Positions 20,001 through 30,226 of a DNA stretch of 64,000 nt are shown piece after piece. Numbering within the stretch: position 1 is the stretch's first letter; each line of letters begins with the position of its first letter. Origin of the DNA: a virus (lineage: Duplodnaviria; Caudoviricetes). The notes under the pieces were generated by a model. It had not been told where the DNA came from. It did not search any database and saw only the letters and a program-made list of their open reading frames with translations. The stretch covers positions 32,001 to 96,000 of the IMG/VR virus record IMGVR_UViG_3300014641_000001. The stretch is one strand, 5' to 3'. The translations under genes and the position numbers were made by a program.

Positions 20001-20405
20001 TTGAAATTACCATTAAATATAGTTTATGAAGTCACATGTATGTTATTACAAATTAAAACTCTGAGATTAGGACTAAAAGTTGATTATTGGTGTAATAAGA
20101 ATATAAAACTCTTTGCTGATGAATACAACTTTTACCTTGAGCAACTTAATGATATCTACTCTCGCTATTGTAATAAGGACAACACTGGACAGTATGCGAA
20201 ATTAAATGATAATGGTGGTATTGAGTTTAATTTCAAGCCAGATATAAACATTAAGGACTTTGAAAAGGAAATGAATGATGTCATGTATATGCCAAGCGAC
20301 GAGTTTGAGCCATATATCATGAATGAAGAAACATTTAATAGTTTACCAAATGTAGAATCCAGCAAGTTTAACATTGACCTGCTGGCTTTTTTATTGCCCG
20401 AATAA
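20001..20405 (+). CDS. hypothetical tail-module protein
   Basis: SD AGGAGG; located between tail genes. Confidence 0.65.
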   Translation: MKLPLNIVYEVTCMLLQIKTLRLGLKVDYWCNKNIKLFADEYNFYLEQLNDIYSRYCNKDNTGQYAKLNDNGGIEFNFKPDINIKDFEKEMNDVMYMPSDEFEPYIMNEETFNSLPNVESSKFNIDLLAFLLPE

Positions 20406-20439
20406 GGGAAGAAAAACACAATAGAAGGGAGGTTTTATC

Positions 20440-23235
20440 TTGATATCTTATAAGGCTATAAGAGCTGATGTTTCGCAGGAAATGAGTTATGTATATGAGA
20501 AAGTTAAACAGTATGATAACTTATCTCGTAAATATAGGATAATTATTACGGACAAGGGAAATATGGTTTCATTGAATGGAAATGAGGCTATTAGAATACG
20601 AATGTGGGCCGATGGAGAGTCAATTCCATACGTTGACAAATGGCTTGATGATCCATGGGAAAATGGATATCCTATTTTAATTATGACAAGCGGCATGCTA
20701 TCAAAAGTAGGTAAGGTGAAATATGAATTCGTTATACAAGAACCCGGTAGTCCTGCCCTTATTTCCACTAGGCAACAAAACTTATTAATTCAAAAATCAT
20801 TAATTAATTATGATGGGTTAATTGCAAGCGAAGATTTTGATGTGCTATCTCATCTTATCGGGCAGGCAACAACAATACCTGATCTTATAAATGATATAAA
20901 TGTAAGTTTGGATGATGTATCAAATAAAATATCAGAAGTAAATTCTACTATGGCTGAATACGAGCGACAAATGCAAATATACGCCACTGAGTATGGAGAA
21001 ATGAAAACTGATATGCAGGATATTATAGATGCCTTGCATGTTTATATGGAAAATGTTGAAAATTCAGCAGCAAGCAGCGCAAAACTTTCTGAAAGCTGGG
21101 CGATTGGTGGAACAAATTCTAGAGATGGAGAAGCTACAAATAATTCAAAATTCCATAGTGATCAGTCAAAATTGTATTCTGACATGGCTAAAGAGTCTGC
21201 TGATAGAGCGGAGGAGTTTGCGGGACATGTAGATCCTAAAACTCTAAGCCAGATAAATGCGGTTGACGAAAGTGGATTATTAGGAACTATCGGAGCTATA
21301 GTTACAGGACAAGAATTAACGAACGAAATGTCTAGTAGAATCTCCACTGAATTACTACGTAAAAGTGAGTTTAATACTGCAATGACTGGTGTAAATTCAC
21401 AGTTAGCTGAAAATTTTGCACAAATTGGTGATTTAGGAGCTAGTAAGGCTGACAAAATAGAAGTAAATTTATTGGCGACTGATAAGGCTGATAAAGCTTA
21501 TGTTGATTTAAATGTCTCTGCGTTAGATGTTAAAATAAACTCACAAGCGAGTGGTTCACCGAAAGGTGTTTATAACACTGTAACAGATTTACAAATAGCA
21601 TTTCCCACTGGAAACTCAAATATTTATGTAGTTACAGCGGATGGAAAATGGTATTATTGGAATGGTTCGGCTTGGACAGTAGGAGGCGCATACCAGAGTA
21701 CGGGAATTGGTAAAAAAACAATAACATTTTTAAATACAGATTTCATAGACGTTGGAAAAAACATATTCAATAAAAATACGGTTACTAATGATTACTACGT
21801 TCAATATAATACAGGAGTTTTAGTAAAAAATACTTTATATGCAGCTAGTAATTATATTCCCGTAGAGCCTATTTTGGACTATTACATGAATTACGCTGAT
21901 CAAGTGGCATTTTATGATGCCAACAAAAACTATATAAGCGGCAAAGGTATGGACGGAAATACATTTTCGACGCCTTCAAATTGTGCATATATTCGAGTAT
22001 CATTAAATAAAAATTATTTAAACTATCTTCAAGTTGAAAAAGGATCTGCCCCAACAGATTATGAAGAATGGGGATATGGAATAAATTATCTAAAACCAAT
22101 GGGAGAAACGCTTGATAGAATTAAAAATATAGAGAGTTTATCAAGTAAATTGCCATATAAAAGTGTACTTAAAATTATAGATGACTTAAAAAACCCTTTT
22201 ATTAAAACAAAAATCAAAATTATTGGTGATAGTATAACGGCTGGCGTAGGAGGTACAGGATATTCACCCACTGGCGAATCCATAGGAACGACGGAATATA
22301 GAGCAAATATTACAACAGCTACTTGTTGGGCTAATAGCCTAAAAAAAAATTTAGAAAGTAATTATAACAAATACAGATATGTTAGTTTACTTGACGAACG
22401 GATAAGAAAATATAGTTCTAATGCTTATCCAATAACTTTAACATATAATGGAAACACAAAACTTGGTACTAACTTAGCATTTATAAATCTAAGCAAAGTA
22501 AATTTCATAAAGTTTAATTTCTATGGGGATAAATTTACTATAGTCCACTCTAAATTGAGCGGGGGTGGAATTATAGATGTATATGTCGATAAAATTAAAG
22601 TGGGTTCGATAGATTCATATAGCCCCGTTTTCGAATGGAGCCAAGAAACAGAATTTATAACTTCTTTAGGAAATCATACAGTTGTGCTACAAGAAACAAA
22701 TACAAAAAATGATGATTCTGTTGGCTTATCAGTATTTTTAGAAGCTATAAAAATACCAAAAGTTGTTACGGTTAAAAACTGGGGAATATCTGGTATTGGA
22801 ACACATGAAATTCTTAATATGAAAGATAGTTTAATTGAGACTGATGATGATATAGTAATTATGCAAATTGGTACTAATGATAGAGTTAAAAGAACCGTTG
22901 CTGAAAGCACAAAAGATTTGCAAAGACAAGTAATCAACTATGTTGAGGGATTGGGAAAAAAGATAATTCAAATGGTTGCACCACCATCATCATTAACAAG
23001 TGAAGATTTGTCATCAAGAAATTTTCATATGTGGGATGTTGACAGGGTTATTGGCGAATTGTCGGCAGAACTAAACAGAGAATATATTTCTAATTATCAA
23101 TATTTTAAAAAATATTGTGCAGAACAAAATATAAACATTGATACACTATTAAGTGATGGTCTACATCCAAATGATAGAGGATATGAATTAATATATAGTT
23201 ATATTTGTTCAAGATTAGAGCTGCCATCAGAGTAA
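20440..23235 (+). CDS. BppU-like baseplate/receptor-binding protein with SGNH/GDSL esterase domain
   Basis: N-terminal KVKQYDNLSRK BppU-like region; SGNH blocks IGDSIT, NWGISG, IGTND, DGLHP. Confidence 0.8.
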   Translation: MISYKAIRADVSQEMSYVYEKVKQYDNLSRKYRIIITDKGNMVSLNGNEAIRIRMWADGESIPYVDKWLDDPWENGYPILIMTSGMLSKVGKVKYEFVIQEPGSPALISTRQQNLLIQKSLINYDGLIASEDFDVLSHLIGQATTIPDLINDINVSLDDVSNKISEVNSTMAEYERQMQIYATEYGEMKTDMQDIIDALHVYMENVENSAASSAKLSESWAIGGTNSRDGEATNNSKFHSDQSKLYSDMAKESADRAEEFAGHVDPKTLSQINAVDESGLLGTIGAIVTGQELTNEMSSRISTELLRKSEFNTAMTGVNSQLAENFAQIGDLGASKADKIEVNLLATDKADKAYVDLNVSALDVKINSQASGSPKGVYNTVTDLQIAFPTGNSNIYVVTADGKWYYWNGSAWTVGGAYQSTGIGKKTITFLNTDFIDVGKNIFNKNTVTNDYYVQYNTGVLVKNTLYAASNYIPVEPILDYYMNYADQVAFYDANKNYISGKGMDGNTFSTPSNCAYIRVSLNKNYLNYLQVEKGSAPTDYEEWGYGINYLKPMGETLDRIKNIESLSSKLPYKSVLKIIDDLKNPFIKTKIKIIGDSITAGVGGTGYSPTGESIGTTEYRANITTATCWANSLKKNLESNYNKYRYVSLLDERIRKYSSNAYPITLTYNGNTKLGTNLAFINLSKVNFIKFNFYGDKFTIVHSKLSGGGIIDVYVDKIKVGSIDSYSPVFEWSQETEFITSLGNHTVVLQETNTKNDDSVGLSVFLEAIKIPKVVTVKNWGISGIGTHEILNMKDSLIETDDDIVIMQIGTNDRVKRTVAESTKDLQRQVINYVEGLGKKIIQMVAPPSSLTSEDLSSRNFHMWDVDRVIGELSAELNREYISNYQYFKKYCAEQNINIDTLLSDGLHPNDRGYELIYSYICSRLELPSE

Positions 23236-23329
23236 TAAGATTAAGGCAATTAGTGTTATATATTTCACGTGGTTGATCTTTTTGAGTGCGTGTGCGTGAA
23301 ATATCAGTCTTAAAAGTAAGTATTAAAAT

Positions 23330-23373
23330 TTAGGGAATAGTCGAGTTCGATACTCTTCTATTCCCTATTTTTT
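23330..23373 (+). terminator. Terminator ending the tail operon
   Basis: TAGGGAATAG...CTATTCCCTA + T-tract. Confidence 0.7.
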
Positions 23374-23464
23374 ACTCGTATGAAAGTACTCTTTTATTGG
23401 CATTTCAATACTACATATTGTATTACTCTTTAATTTCAACTGCATTATATAGTATTGCTATTTT

Positions 23465-23677
23465 TTATTCCCCATCTTCATGTTTATATCCATTATTCTT
23501 TCTTCTAAGATTATCAATAATTAATTTGCTTTCCTTATTATCTTTTTCTAATTCTTCTATGATATTTAAATTGTTATTAATTGCTTCTATGGCACTAGAT
23601 GATACTGGAGACTCCATATCTTGATCATCAAGATAAATATATGTCCAGCCTGAAGAACCACCAATAATATTATCCAT
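23465..23677 (-). CDS. hypothetical protein
   Basis: 70 aa; SD AGGTG. Confidence 0.5.
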   Translation of the reverse strand: MDNIIGGSSGWTYIYLDDQDMESPVSSSAIEAINNNLNIIEELEKDNKESKLIIDNLRRKNNGYKHEDGE

Positions 23678-23934
23678 AATTTTTCACCTACCTTTTACTA
23701 TAGTATATCATATCTTTTTCAAAAATACGGCAGCTCGTTTAAAGGAGTCATTTTTCTATTATCCGTAGGCTAAAGGTATTTCTGGCATACTATCGTATGC
23801 AAAAGAAGACATCAGGCTGTGGTTCAAGACAACCCCCCCTGTATACCATCAACTCTACCTAAAGTTAATCGCTTAGATAGATAGAAGAATATCTCTCCCA
23901 ACCTTTTTCGTTCCATCAGTGGTAAGTCGGTTAG

Positions 23935-23948
23935 CAAACATATGTTCT
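23935..23948. promoter_or_regulatory. Putative LexA (Cheo/SOS) box
   Basis: AGAACATATGTTTG on the minus strand, near GAAC-N4-GTTC. Confidence 0.5.
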
Positions 23949-24002
23949 GTTTTATAAAAAAATATGCCGAAAGTCTTCAAGTGAGGGCTTTCGGCATAAG
24001 AT

Positions 24003-24248
24003 TTAGTTACCCTGTTCAACTTCAGCTTTGGATATAAGTAATTCCTTTAATTCAGCCAAGGACATGTTTTGCTCTTCTAGTATTGATGAAACCTCTTTAA
24101 ACTCTTCTAACTTAATTTCATCTTGTATTTGCTTCTCTTTTTCCTGTAACGTTTTGATTGAGGCTTTATATTGCTCAATCGAATCTTGTGTGTCTTTTAG
24201 TTCATCTCTGAGTTTTACGAGTGGTGATTTGCGAACACCTCTTGGCAT
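24003..24248 (-). CDS. small coiled-coil protein (MPRGVRKS...)
   Basis: SD AAGGAGG; own terminator at 23962-23998. Confidence 0.7.
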   Translation of the reverse strand: MPRGVRKSPLVKLRDELKDTQDSIEQYKASIKTLQEKEKQIQDEIKLEEFKEVSSILEEQNMSLAELKELLISKAEVEQGN

Positions 24249-24360
24249 ATTAGTACCCTCCTTACAATTGGTCATATAAACATATAGATTATATCACACA
24301 ATTTGCATTATATACAATAAAATAGTTACATGCTTAAATGAGTCCTGATTGTAATATAAA

Positions 24361-24610
24361 GTTGCCCCAAATTTTGCCCCAAATTGTTCCGATTTATATT
24401 GATTCGAAACGGTTTATAATGGCAAATTTTTATCTTCGTATTGTTGAGAAATGCCGTAATTACGTGTGTTTGCGACATTTCTCAATATTGTGTCGTATTT
24501 TAATTAAAACTGCGTCCTTATTTGCATTATCGTCTAAATGCCTGTATTTACTAGGTTTTATTTATCTGATTTTACTTTATTTGATTGTTGCCCCAAATTT
24601 GCCCCAAATT
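24361..24610. other. Putative attP with arm-type integrase binding repeats
   Basis: Four direct TTGCCCCAAA repeats (24362, 24374, 24588, 24599) in two pairs flanking an inverted repeat (24444-24486), directly downstream of the integrase. Confidence 0.7.
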
Positions 24611-24622
24611 TTTATTTAATTA

Positions 24623-25798
24623 TTAGCTTATCATAGGCAACGTCATTGCCTTAGCAGCTTCTTCATCCAATACATGAATATAAGAATTATATGTTGTTGT
24701 GGTATTGCTATGCCCCATTAATTTACTTACTACAGATATTTCTACACCCTTTCGAATTAGCTCTGAACCAAATGTATGTCTTAGTAGGTGCACCCAAATA
24801 TGTGGAAGCTCAGTTCCTGCAATAATCGCATCTAACGCTCTCTGTATACTCCTAGCTAACGTATATCCACCGGTTTCGCTACAGCAAACAATATCAGATA
24901 TAATATCTTTCTTCTTATTACTCTCGTTTATTTCTGATAAAATAAATTTAATTTCATCATTCATAGGAATAATTCTATTAGATTTTCGGGTCTTTGTACT
25001 TTTAATGAAAGACTGTCTTGTATTGGAACTTTCACTTTTTACATTATATTGCATCGATTTGTTTATTTTAATTATATTGTTTACAAAATCGATATCGTTC
25101 CACTCTAGTGCAACGGCTTCACCAATTCGCATACCAGTATTTAGGATTAAAAGAAGTGTAAGCCCATATCTGTATTTATAAGAATCATTACTGTTATTTT
25201 TCTGTAAACAAAGTTCCTTGAATATGGTAATCTGATCTGGTGTTAGTGCAAACGTCTCTTTTCTTTTCACATTGCAGAAAGTTTCTTTTGGAATTACTAC
25301 GCCTTGCATTGGATTAAAATTTATATCCTTATTTTTTATTGCGTAACTATACACTCCTGAAACGAATGCGAAAATATTTTTAATTGTTCCGTAGCTATAT
25401 TGTTTATCTGAAGAGGTTGCAAGTGAATTAAAGAAATCCTGTAGCTCATCTGCTTTCAGCGACCCAAACTGTTTGTTACGAATTTTAGATTCTCCAATTT
25501 GCTTATTCACAATAATATCAAGTCTATTATACGTCGATAACTCAATTGTTTTACTTTTCTTCTTGATATAATTTAAGCAATAATCATAAAAATTCGCTGT
25601 TTTTGGATTTATTAGCCCATCATCATATTCTCTAATTATTGACTTTAGTTTTCTTTTACACTCTGCTTCACTTTTACCATATACATATTTCGTCAATCCA
25701 TTTAAAGTGACTCTTCCCTCGTGTCTACCGTCTGAACGTTTTCTAACACTTCCTTCGTGCCATGAATTACGTTTATTCTGTTTTTGTGTAACACTCAT
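24623..25798 (-). CDS. int: Tyrosine integrase
   Basis: N-terminal arm-binding GSVRKRSDGRHEGR; catalytic TGMRIGE, K, HLLRHT, MGH, Y. Confidence 0.95.
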   Translation of the reverse strand: MSVTQKQNKRNSWHEGSVRKRSDGRHEGRVTLNGLTKYVYGKSEAECKRKLKSIIREYDDGLINPKTANFYDYCLNYIKKKSKTIELSTYNRLDIIVNKQIGESKIRNKQFGSLKADELQDFFNSLATSSDKQYSYGTIKNIFAFVSGVYSYAIKNKDINFNPMQGVVIPKETFCNVKRKETFALTPDQITIFKELCLQKNNSNDSYKYRYGLTLLLILNTGMRIGEAVALEWNDIDFVNNIIKINKSMQYNVKSESSNTRQSFIKSTKTRKSNRIIPMNDEIKFILSEINESNKKKDIISDIVCCSETGGYTLARSIQRALDAIIAGTELPHIWVHLLRHTFGSELIRKGVEISVVSKLMGHSNTTTTYNSYIHVLDEEAAKAMTLPMIS

Positions 25799-25877
25799 AA
25801 CTATAATCCCTCCTAAAAAGAGTGTTACAATCAAGACTAATTAAGCCCTTCAATTATAACACTCACGAATATTTATA

Positions 25878-26066
25878 TCAATATTTTATTTCTTTTCCAA
25901 TATTTTCATTGATCCAATCGTTTAATCTTTCTTCAGTTGTTATGTAATCTTTCCCAACTTTTGTAACCGGAAGTATATTTGATATAAGCAATTCATTTAA
26001 TTTGGTTTTTCCAAATGGAAGTATCTCAAGTAAGTCCTTTTTAGTAAGTATTTTTATTATTACCAT
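25878..26066 (-). CDS. xis: Excisionase-like HTH protein
   Basis: ILTKKDLLEILPFGKTKLNELL...LPVTKVGKDY; directly upstream of int. Confidence 0.75.
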   Translation of the reverse strand: MVIIKILTKKDLLEILPFGKTKLNELLISNILPVTKVGKDYITTEERLNDWINENIGKEIKY

Positions 26067-26074
26067 CTCCTTTA

Positions 26075-26743
26075 TTAATAGCAATACTGATGCCATTTAG
26101 TCTTCAAATACACACCATTCCCTTGTTTACCTTTTGACTGATAAATAACATATCCCGGTAGCACACTCCCATTTTCAAGCAGCCACTTTGCATTTGCCCA
26201 ATTACTTTCCGTAGGCTTTCGATTATAATTGCCATCGGCTACACTGGAATACTGTTTTTTCTCAAATACCACTCCTTTAATCGTGTCTGGGTACTCGGAA
26301 TGAGCTACACGATTCAAGACTACAGATCCCACATATTTTTGTTCTGCATCATCGCAAAATTGCGCCTCACCAGCTAGTACATGTGCCATTACGTACAAAT
26401 CCTCAGTGGTATATGTTACTTCATCATCGTTTAGAAATTCTGACTTTATGTATGCGTACCCGTCCTCTGTGGTAATCATGCTCCAACCTCCGATATCCAG
26501 TACAACCTCAAATGTTGTGTTTAAGAGTGTATGACCTAAAATTTTTGATCTTGTATTAGGTTCTTCTCTAATGTTTACTCCTGCTTGATTAGCAAATTTC
26601 AACGTAAAATCTGTAGTATATGGTAATTCTGATTCAAACTGTGCCGCAGTAGCGGTTTCTTCTACATAATTCGCCCATGTCGCCATGGGCATCGTAAAGG
26701 CGAGACAGAATGATGTCATGCCTACTGTTATTAATTTTCTCAT
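26075..26743 (-). CDS. SH3 + SleB-like (Hydrolase_2) cell wall hydrolase
   Basis: Signal peptide, VNIREEP SH3 domain, LAGEA...VGSVVLNRV...YPDTIKGVVF..QYS. Confidence 0.85.
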   Translation of the reverse strand: MRKLITVGMTSFCLAFTMPMATWANYVEETATAAQFESELPYTTDFTLKFANQAGVNIREEPNTRSKILGHTLLNTTFEVVLDIGGWSMITTEDGYAYIKSEFLNDDEVTYTTEDLYVMAHVLAGEAQFCDDAEQKYVGSVVLNRVAHSEYPDTIKGVVFEKKQYSSVADGNYNRKPTESNWANAKWLLENGSVLPGYVIYQSKGKQGNGVYLKTKWHQYCY

Positions 26744-26849
26744 TACAATCCTCCAAATTTTCGATTTGAAGGATACCGGTATCCTATAGTTTAAAATTGA
26801 TTTATGTAAAGCCTATGTTTGCAACCACAGGCGCTCAGTATGTTACTAA

Positions 26850-27443
26850 CTACTTATAGCTACTTCCTAGCATACCCATACCACGTTCACTAGTAATGGA
26901 TTTAAGTTCATCATACGAGATTTCTTTTGAGATCATTTTAGGAATTGGTAATATTAGCGCTTGGCATATTGCTTTAGAATATGGGTAGATAATTGTTGGA
27001 TTTTCTTCAATGTCTAATCCATCTACTTTTAAATATATACGACATTCAAAATCGTCTATGTATATTCCTCCATATTCGTCATAAACGCCATATATATCTG
27101 TAAGTTCCTTTAAGGAAAATTTAGAAATAATCATTTCTTTATTGGTTGTGTTCGTAATAGGACATAGCCATTCATTCCTGAAGCCACTATCTATAATTCC
27201 CGATCTCTGGGCGATTCCTTTTGTCCCTGTAGATCCCCTTTCTTTTAATACGGCAACATAATCATTTGAAAACGCACTTGCAATTCCTGTTGGGATTAAT
27301 TTCGTTTCATGAGTGGGAACTATAATATAGTCCTCTTCAAAACAAGGGTAAATGTCATATCCTGCGTCTTCAGTCCTTTTCGTTGGTATAATTGCGTTTG
27401 GTTTAACCTTTGCCCATAATAATTTGTTGGTACTTACTATCAT
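26850..27443 (-). CDS. dut: dUTPase (trimeric)
   Basis: AGYDI, ERGSTG, GIIDSGFRNE, ICQ, ERGMGMLGSS motifs. Confidence 0.92.
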   Translation of the reverse strand: MIVSTNKLLWAKVKPNAIIPTKRTEDAGYDIYPCFEEDYIIVPTHETKLIPTGIASAFSNDYVAVLKERGSTGTKGIAQRSGIIDSGFRNEWLCPITNTTNKEMIISKFSLKELTDIYGVYDEYGGIYIDDFECRIYLKVDGLDIEENPTIIYPYSKAICQALILPIPKMISKEISYDELKSITSERGMGMLGSSYK

Positions 27444-27455
27444 TTAATTCTCCTT

Positions 27456-27557
27456 CTATTCGTCATCTGTATCCCAATTTCTAGAACTAGCTACACACAA
27501 AGATGTTAAGATTAGTCCTAGTAGTGCACCGACAAATAATCCTACTATAAACCACAT
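27456..27557 (-). CDS. small membrane protein (DUF3789-like), 33 aa
   Basis: MWFIVGLFVGALLGLILTSLCVASSRN...; SD AAGGAG. Confidence 0.6.
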   Translation of the reverse strand: MWFIVGLFVGALLGLILTSLCVASSRNWDTDDE

Positions 27558-27584
27558 AATCTATTTCTCCTTATAATAATTTTC

Positions 27585-28067
27585 TTAGCTTATTTTTTCT
27601 GCATATTGATTGTTACTTGCTAAATAAACACCCAATGCATCATCATAGTGTTTTTCATGGCCAGGTATATATCTGCCAAATTTTACTATTACGTTCTCGT
27701 ATTGTTGTAAACAATCTATTTGTTTAATAATCTCATCTCTGTAATAACCCGTATATATAACAAAATCATCATTGCATTTGTTCACCCTAAAATGGTCCAC
27801 TAAATTAACCACTTCTTCAAACTGTAAAAACGGCTCCAAGCCTCCAATAACTATCGCTTTTGTAATTGAATTATTAATATATCTACGGAATATTTCATCA
27901 GTAGACATATTAATAATTTTAGAGGTTGCAAGTGATGAGTTTTGACACACGGACTTGTCAAGACATTGCTCATTGCAGCATTTCCAATCGCAGACGATAG
28001 AACCTATAAACAATGAAGGCTTTTTGTAATTTACAAAATCCTCATCTCGTAACCCCTTGATTCTCAT
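27585..28067 (-). CDS. nrdG: Anaerobic ribonucleotide reductase activase
   Basis: Cys-rich radical-SAM-like motif, GGLEPF, VIYTGY; directly after nrdD. Confidence 0.85.
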   Translation of the reverse strand: MRIKGLRDEDFVNYKKPSLFIGSIVCDWKCCNEQCLDKSVCQNSSLATSKIINMSTDEIFRRYINNSITKAIVIGGLEPFLQFEEVVNLVDHFRVNKCNDDFVIYTGYYRDEIIKQIDCLQQYENVIVKFGRYIPGHEKHYDDALGVYLASNNQYAEKIS

Positions 28068-29993
28068 TTAACCTATCTCCCTCATTCTATCCATTTCAAA
28101 CCAATCTCTTTTTACAAACTCTGATTTTCTTTCTTTGGAATATGTTTTTTCAGGAGTTAAGAATCCAACGATTCTTTGCCATGTAGTTTCAACCGGTTCC
28201 CCACAGTATGGGCATATTGTTCCGTAAAATCCGTGATTATTTTTACATGTACTAATTCTCAAACAGAAAGCAAAATAAACCACACCTTGATCTGCGACAT
28301 AATTTAGCATATCCCAGGCTGTATCAAAGTTCTCCAATGGAGCGTCTAAATTAATATGTGCTATACTTCCACCTGAACAAGCCTTATCAAGAATAGCACT
28401 AAGTCTTATTTTCTCCTGCAATGTAGTTTTCACGCCAAGTGGAATCCACTGGTTGCCATATAGGGGGAGTTCATATGCTTCATCTGGATAAAAGAATCTA
28501 TCTTTTTCCATAAGAATCGCTGCCGCTCTCTCAGCAGGTATTTCTTCAATATTTATCTGATAGTCTTTATTAGTCCCAAAATCATTCTTTGTATCTGTAA
28601 TCATTTTCAGAATGTCTTTTGCAAACTCGATGCCATCGGTAGAGTAGAATGTGTTGCTAAACTCGTCTTTATTGGTATATCCAAACTTCTGTAAGGCTTC
28701 ATAAACACCAATGATGCCAATTGTGTTATATTGAGACTCTATAGACATTACATCTTTTGAATAATTTGGTAACAATCCTTTCTTTATATTTCTTTCAATA
28801 ATACCCCTTACACAATCAAGAGCCTGAAGGTTAAGAATCACTAAATCCTTCAATGCACCTAAATAGTCTTCTTTTGTACTATTTTCATATGCAATCCTAG
28901 CAAGGTTTATAGTATTTACCTTAATGCTACCTACTTCTAGAGCCGTACCTCCTATCGAATTAAAATAACCTAGGTTCTTAACATCGCTAATCAGACGACA
29001 GCAGTTGCTTAATGAGGTAATATCATCGCTTACAAAAAAGTTACTGTCAGCCCACTTCATATTATGTTTACAACACCACTTAGCGAAATCTTCGTCTACA
29101 AACTTTCCATCTTTACGGAGCAACGAATAAGAAAGTACCGGAAAAGTCATCATGTTCTTACTTCTAACTTCGCTTACCACTTCCATAAAACTCTTCTGGT
29201 ACTCAATCAGTTCATCAATATAGTCAATAATAAATGTGCCGTCTGGGAATTCTTTGCCGCCATATAAAGATTCCATATATGGATGATCAAAGATAGAGAA
29301 ATTCGTAAACGCCGACTGATTTACTCTCAAATATGGCTGATTTAATTTGTAGATAATCCTTTGGAATTCTTGATCCCGGTATCTTTCTGGTGTGCCGGTA
29401 TAATAACCATCTTCTACATCCTTTTTCCAGAAATAAAATGAGTAAATTAAGAAGCTAGGTAGTCCACAAGCTCCTGATGTTCTATTGCTTGTCCAGCTTA
29501 CAAATTCACCGACAAAATCAGTATATGTAACTAAGTGTTTTGGAGGCTGAGCGTTAAAGTTGTCAATAAAATATAGACCTTTCTTCACCAAGCGTTCAAT
29601 ATCATAAGCAAAGCAATATGGTTTCATTGTGGAGCTAGCAGCATCATGTAAATAAAAATGTCCGTCCCACTCAGCTTTCAACCATTCATTTGCCGTCTTG
29701 AATCCATATTTCTTATTTAACTCGTAGTAGATCTTGTTGAACGCAAGCAACTTTGAGTGAGGTTTATTCATTTCTGCCTCTAGAGAACAGATATCTTTTG
29801 TCCCAGCATTAGCATTACCATCTATACTTGCATCTGCCACAGTCTGTTTATCTACGAAATTGTCAATGAAATCAGTATAGCTAAGTTGAGCCTCTGAAAA
29901 TCCATTCAGTCTTGCCATTTCTTCTCCATACTCATTAAGCATTTTATTAAATGCCGTGGTAAAATTTTTATTCAGTTTGATATTAATGTCCAT
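28068..29993 (-). CDS. nrdD: Class III (anaerobic) ribonucleotide reductase
   Basis: YLHD..YC, TFPV, SNCCRL, CPYCG, glycyl-radical RIVGFL. Confidence 0.95.
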   Translation of the reverse strand: MDINIKLNKNFTTAFNKMLNEYGEEMARLNGFSEAQLSYTDFIDNFVDKQTVADASIDGNANAGTKDICSLEAEMNKPHSKLLAFNKIYYELNKKYGFKTANEWLKAEWDGHFYLHDAASSTMKPYCFAYDIERLVKKGLYFIDNFNAQPPKHLVTYTDFVGEFVSWTSNRTSGACGLPSFLIYSFYFWKKDVEDGYYTGTPERYRDQEFQRIIYKLNQPYLRVNQSAFTNFSIFDHPYMESLYGGKEFPDGTFIIDYIDELIEYQKSFMEVVSEVRSKNMMTFPVLSYSLLRKDGKFVDEDFAKWCCKHNMKWADSNFFVSDDITSLSNCCRLISDVKNLGYFNSIGGTALEVGSIKVNTINLARIAYENSTKEDYLGALKDLVILNLQALDCVRGIIERNIKKGLLPNYSKDVMSIESQYNTIGIIGVYEALQKFGYTNKDEFSNTFYSTDGIEFAKDILKMITDTKNDFGTNKDYQINIEEIPAERAAAILMEKDRFFYPDEAYELPLYGNQWIPLGVKTTLQEKIRLSAILDKACSGGSIAHINLDAPLENFDTAWDMLNYVADQGVVYFAFCLRISTCKNNHGFYGTICPYCGEPVETTWQRIVGFLTPEKTYSKERKSEFVKRDWFEMDRMREIG

Positions 29994-30207
29994 TTGTGTC
30001 TCCTTGCTCCATTGTTTTTATCCATTTTGTTGCTTCTAAAAAGTCAATAACTACATCATCTACTTCTAACATAGGGGCCGATAAGAATCCCTTCTCTAAC
30101 ATAACGCTCGTATCATTAATTTCTTCAAAAACAATACTTTTTTCGATTAACTTCTTTTTTAAAACTTCACACCTTGGACAATGTGTAGAATATAATTTGA
30201 TTTGCAA
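29983..30207 (-). CDS. Glutaredoxin-like (NrdH-type) protein
   Basis: LYSTHCPRCEVLKKKL...SAPMLEVD. Confidence 0.8.
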   Translation of the reverse strand: MQIKLYSTHCPRCEVLKKKLIEKSIVFEEINDTSVMLEKGFLSAPMLEVDDVVIDFLEATKWIKTMEQGDTNGH

Positions 30208-30226
30208 GTCTCAATCCTCCTCCTTA

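Noticed and set aside
11598-22937. Numerous antisense ORFs within tail genes (and + strand ORFs within the right arm)
   Set aside because: Shadow ORFs of long genes, without SD or recognisable motifs.
24338-24619. 93-aa ORF over the att region
   Set aside because: Overlaps the arm repeats, has no SD, and its LPQ repeats just reflect the DNA repeats.
26760-26850. c-di-AMP or c-di-GMP riboswitch before the cell wall hydrolase
   Set aside because: Only a simple hairpin; conserved aptamer motifs not found.
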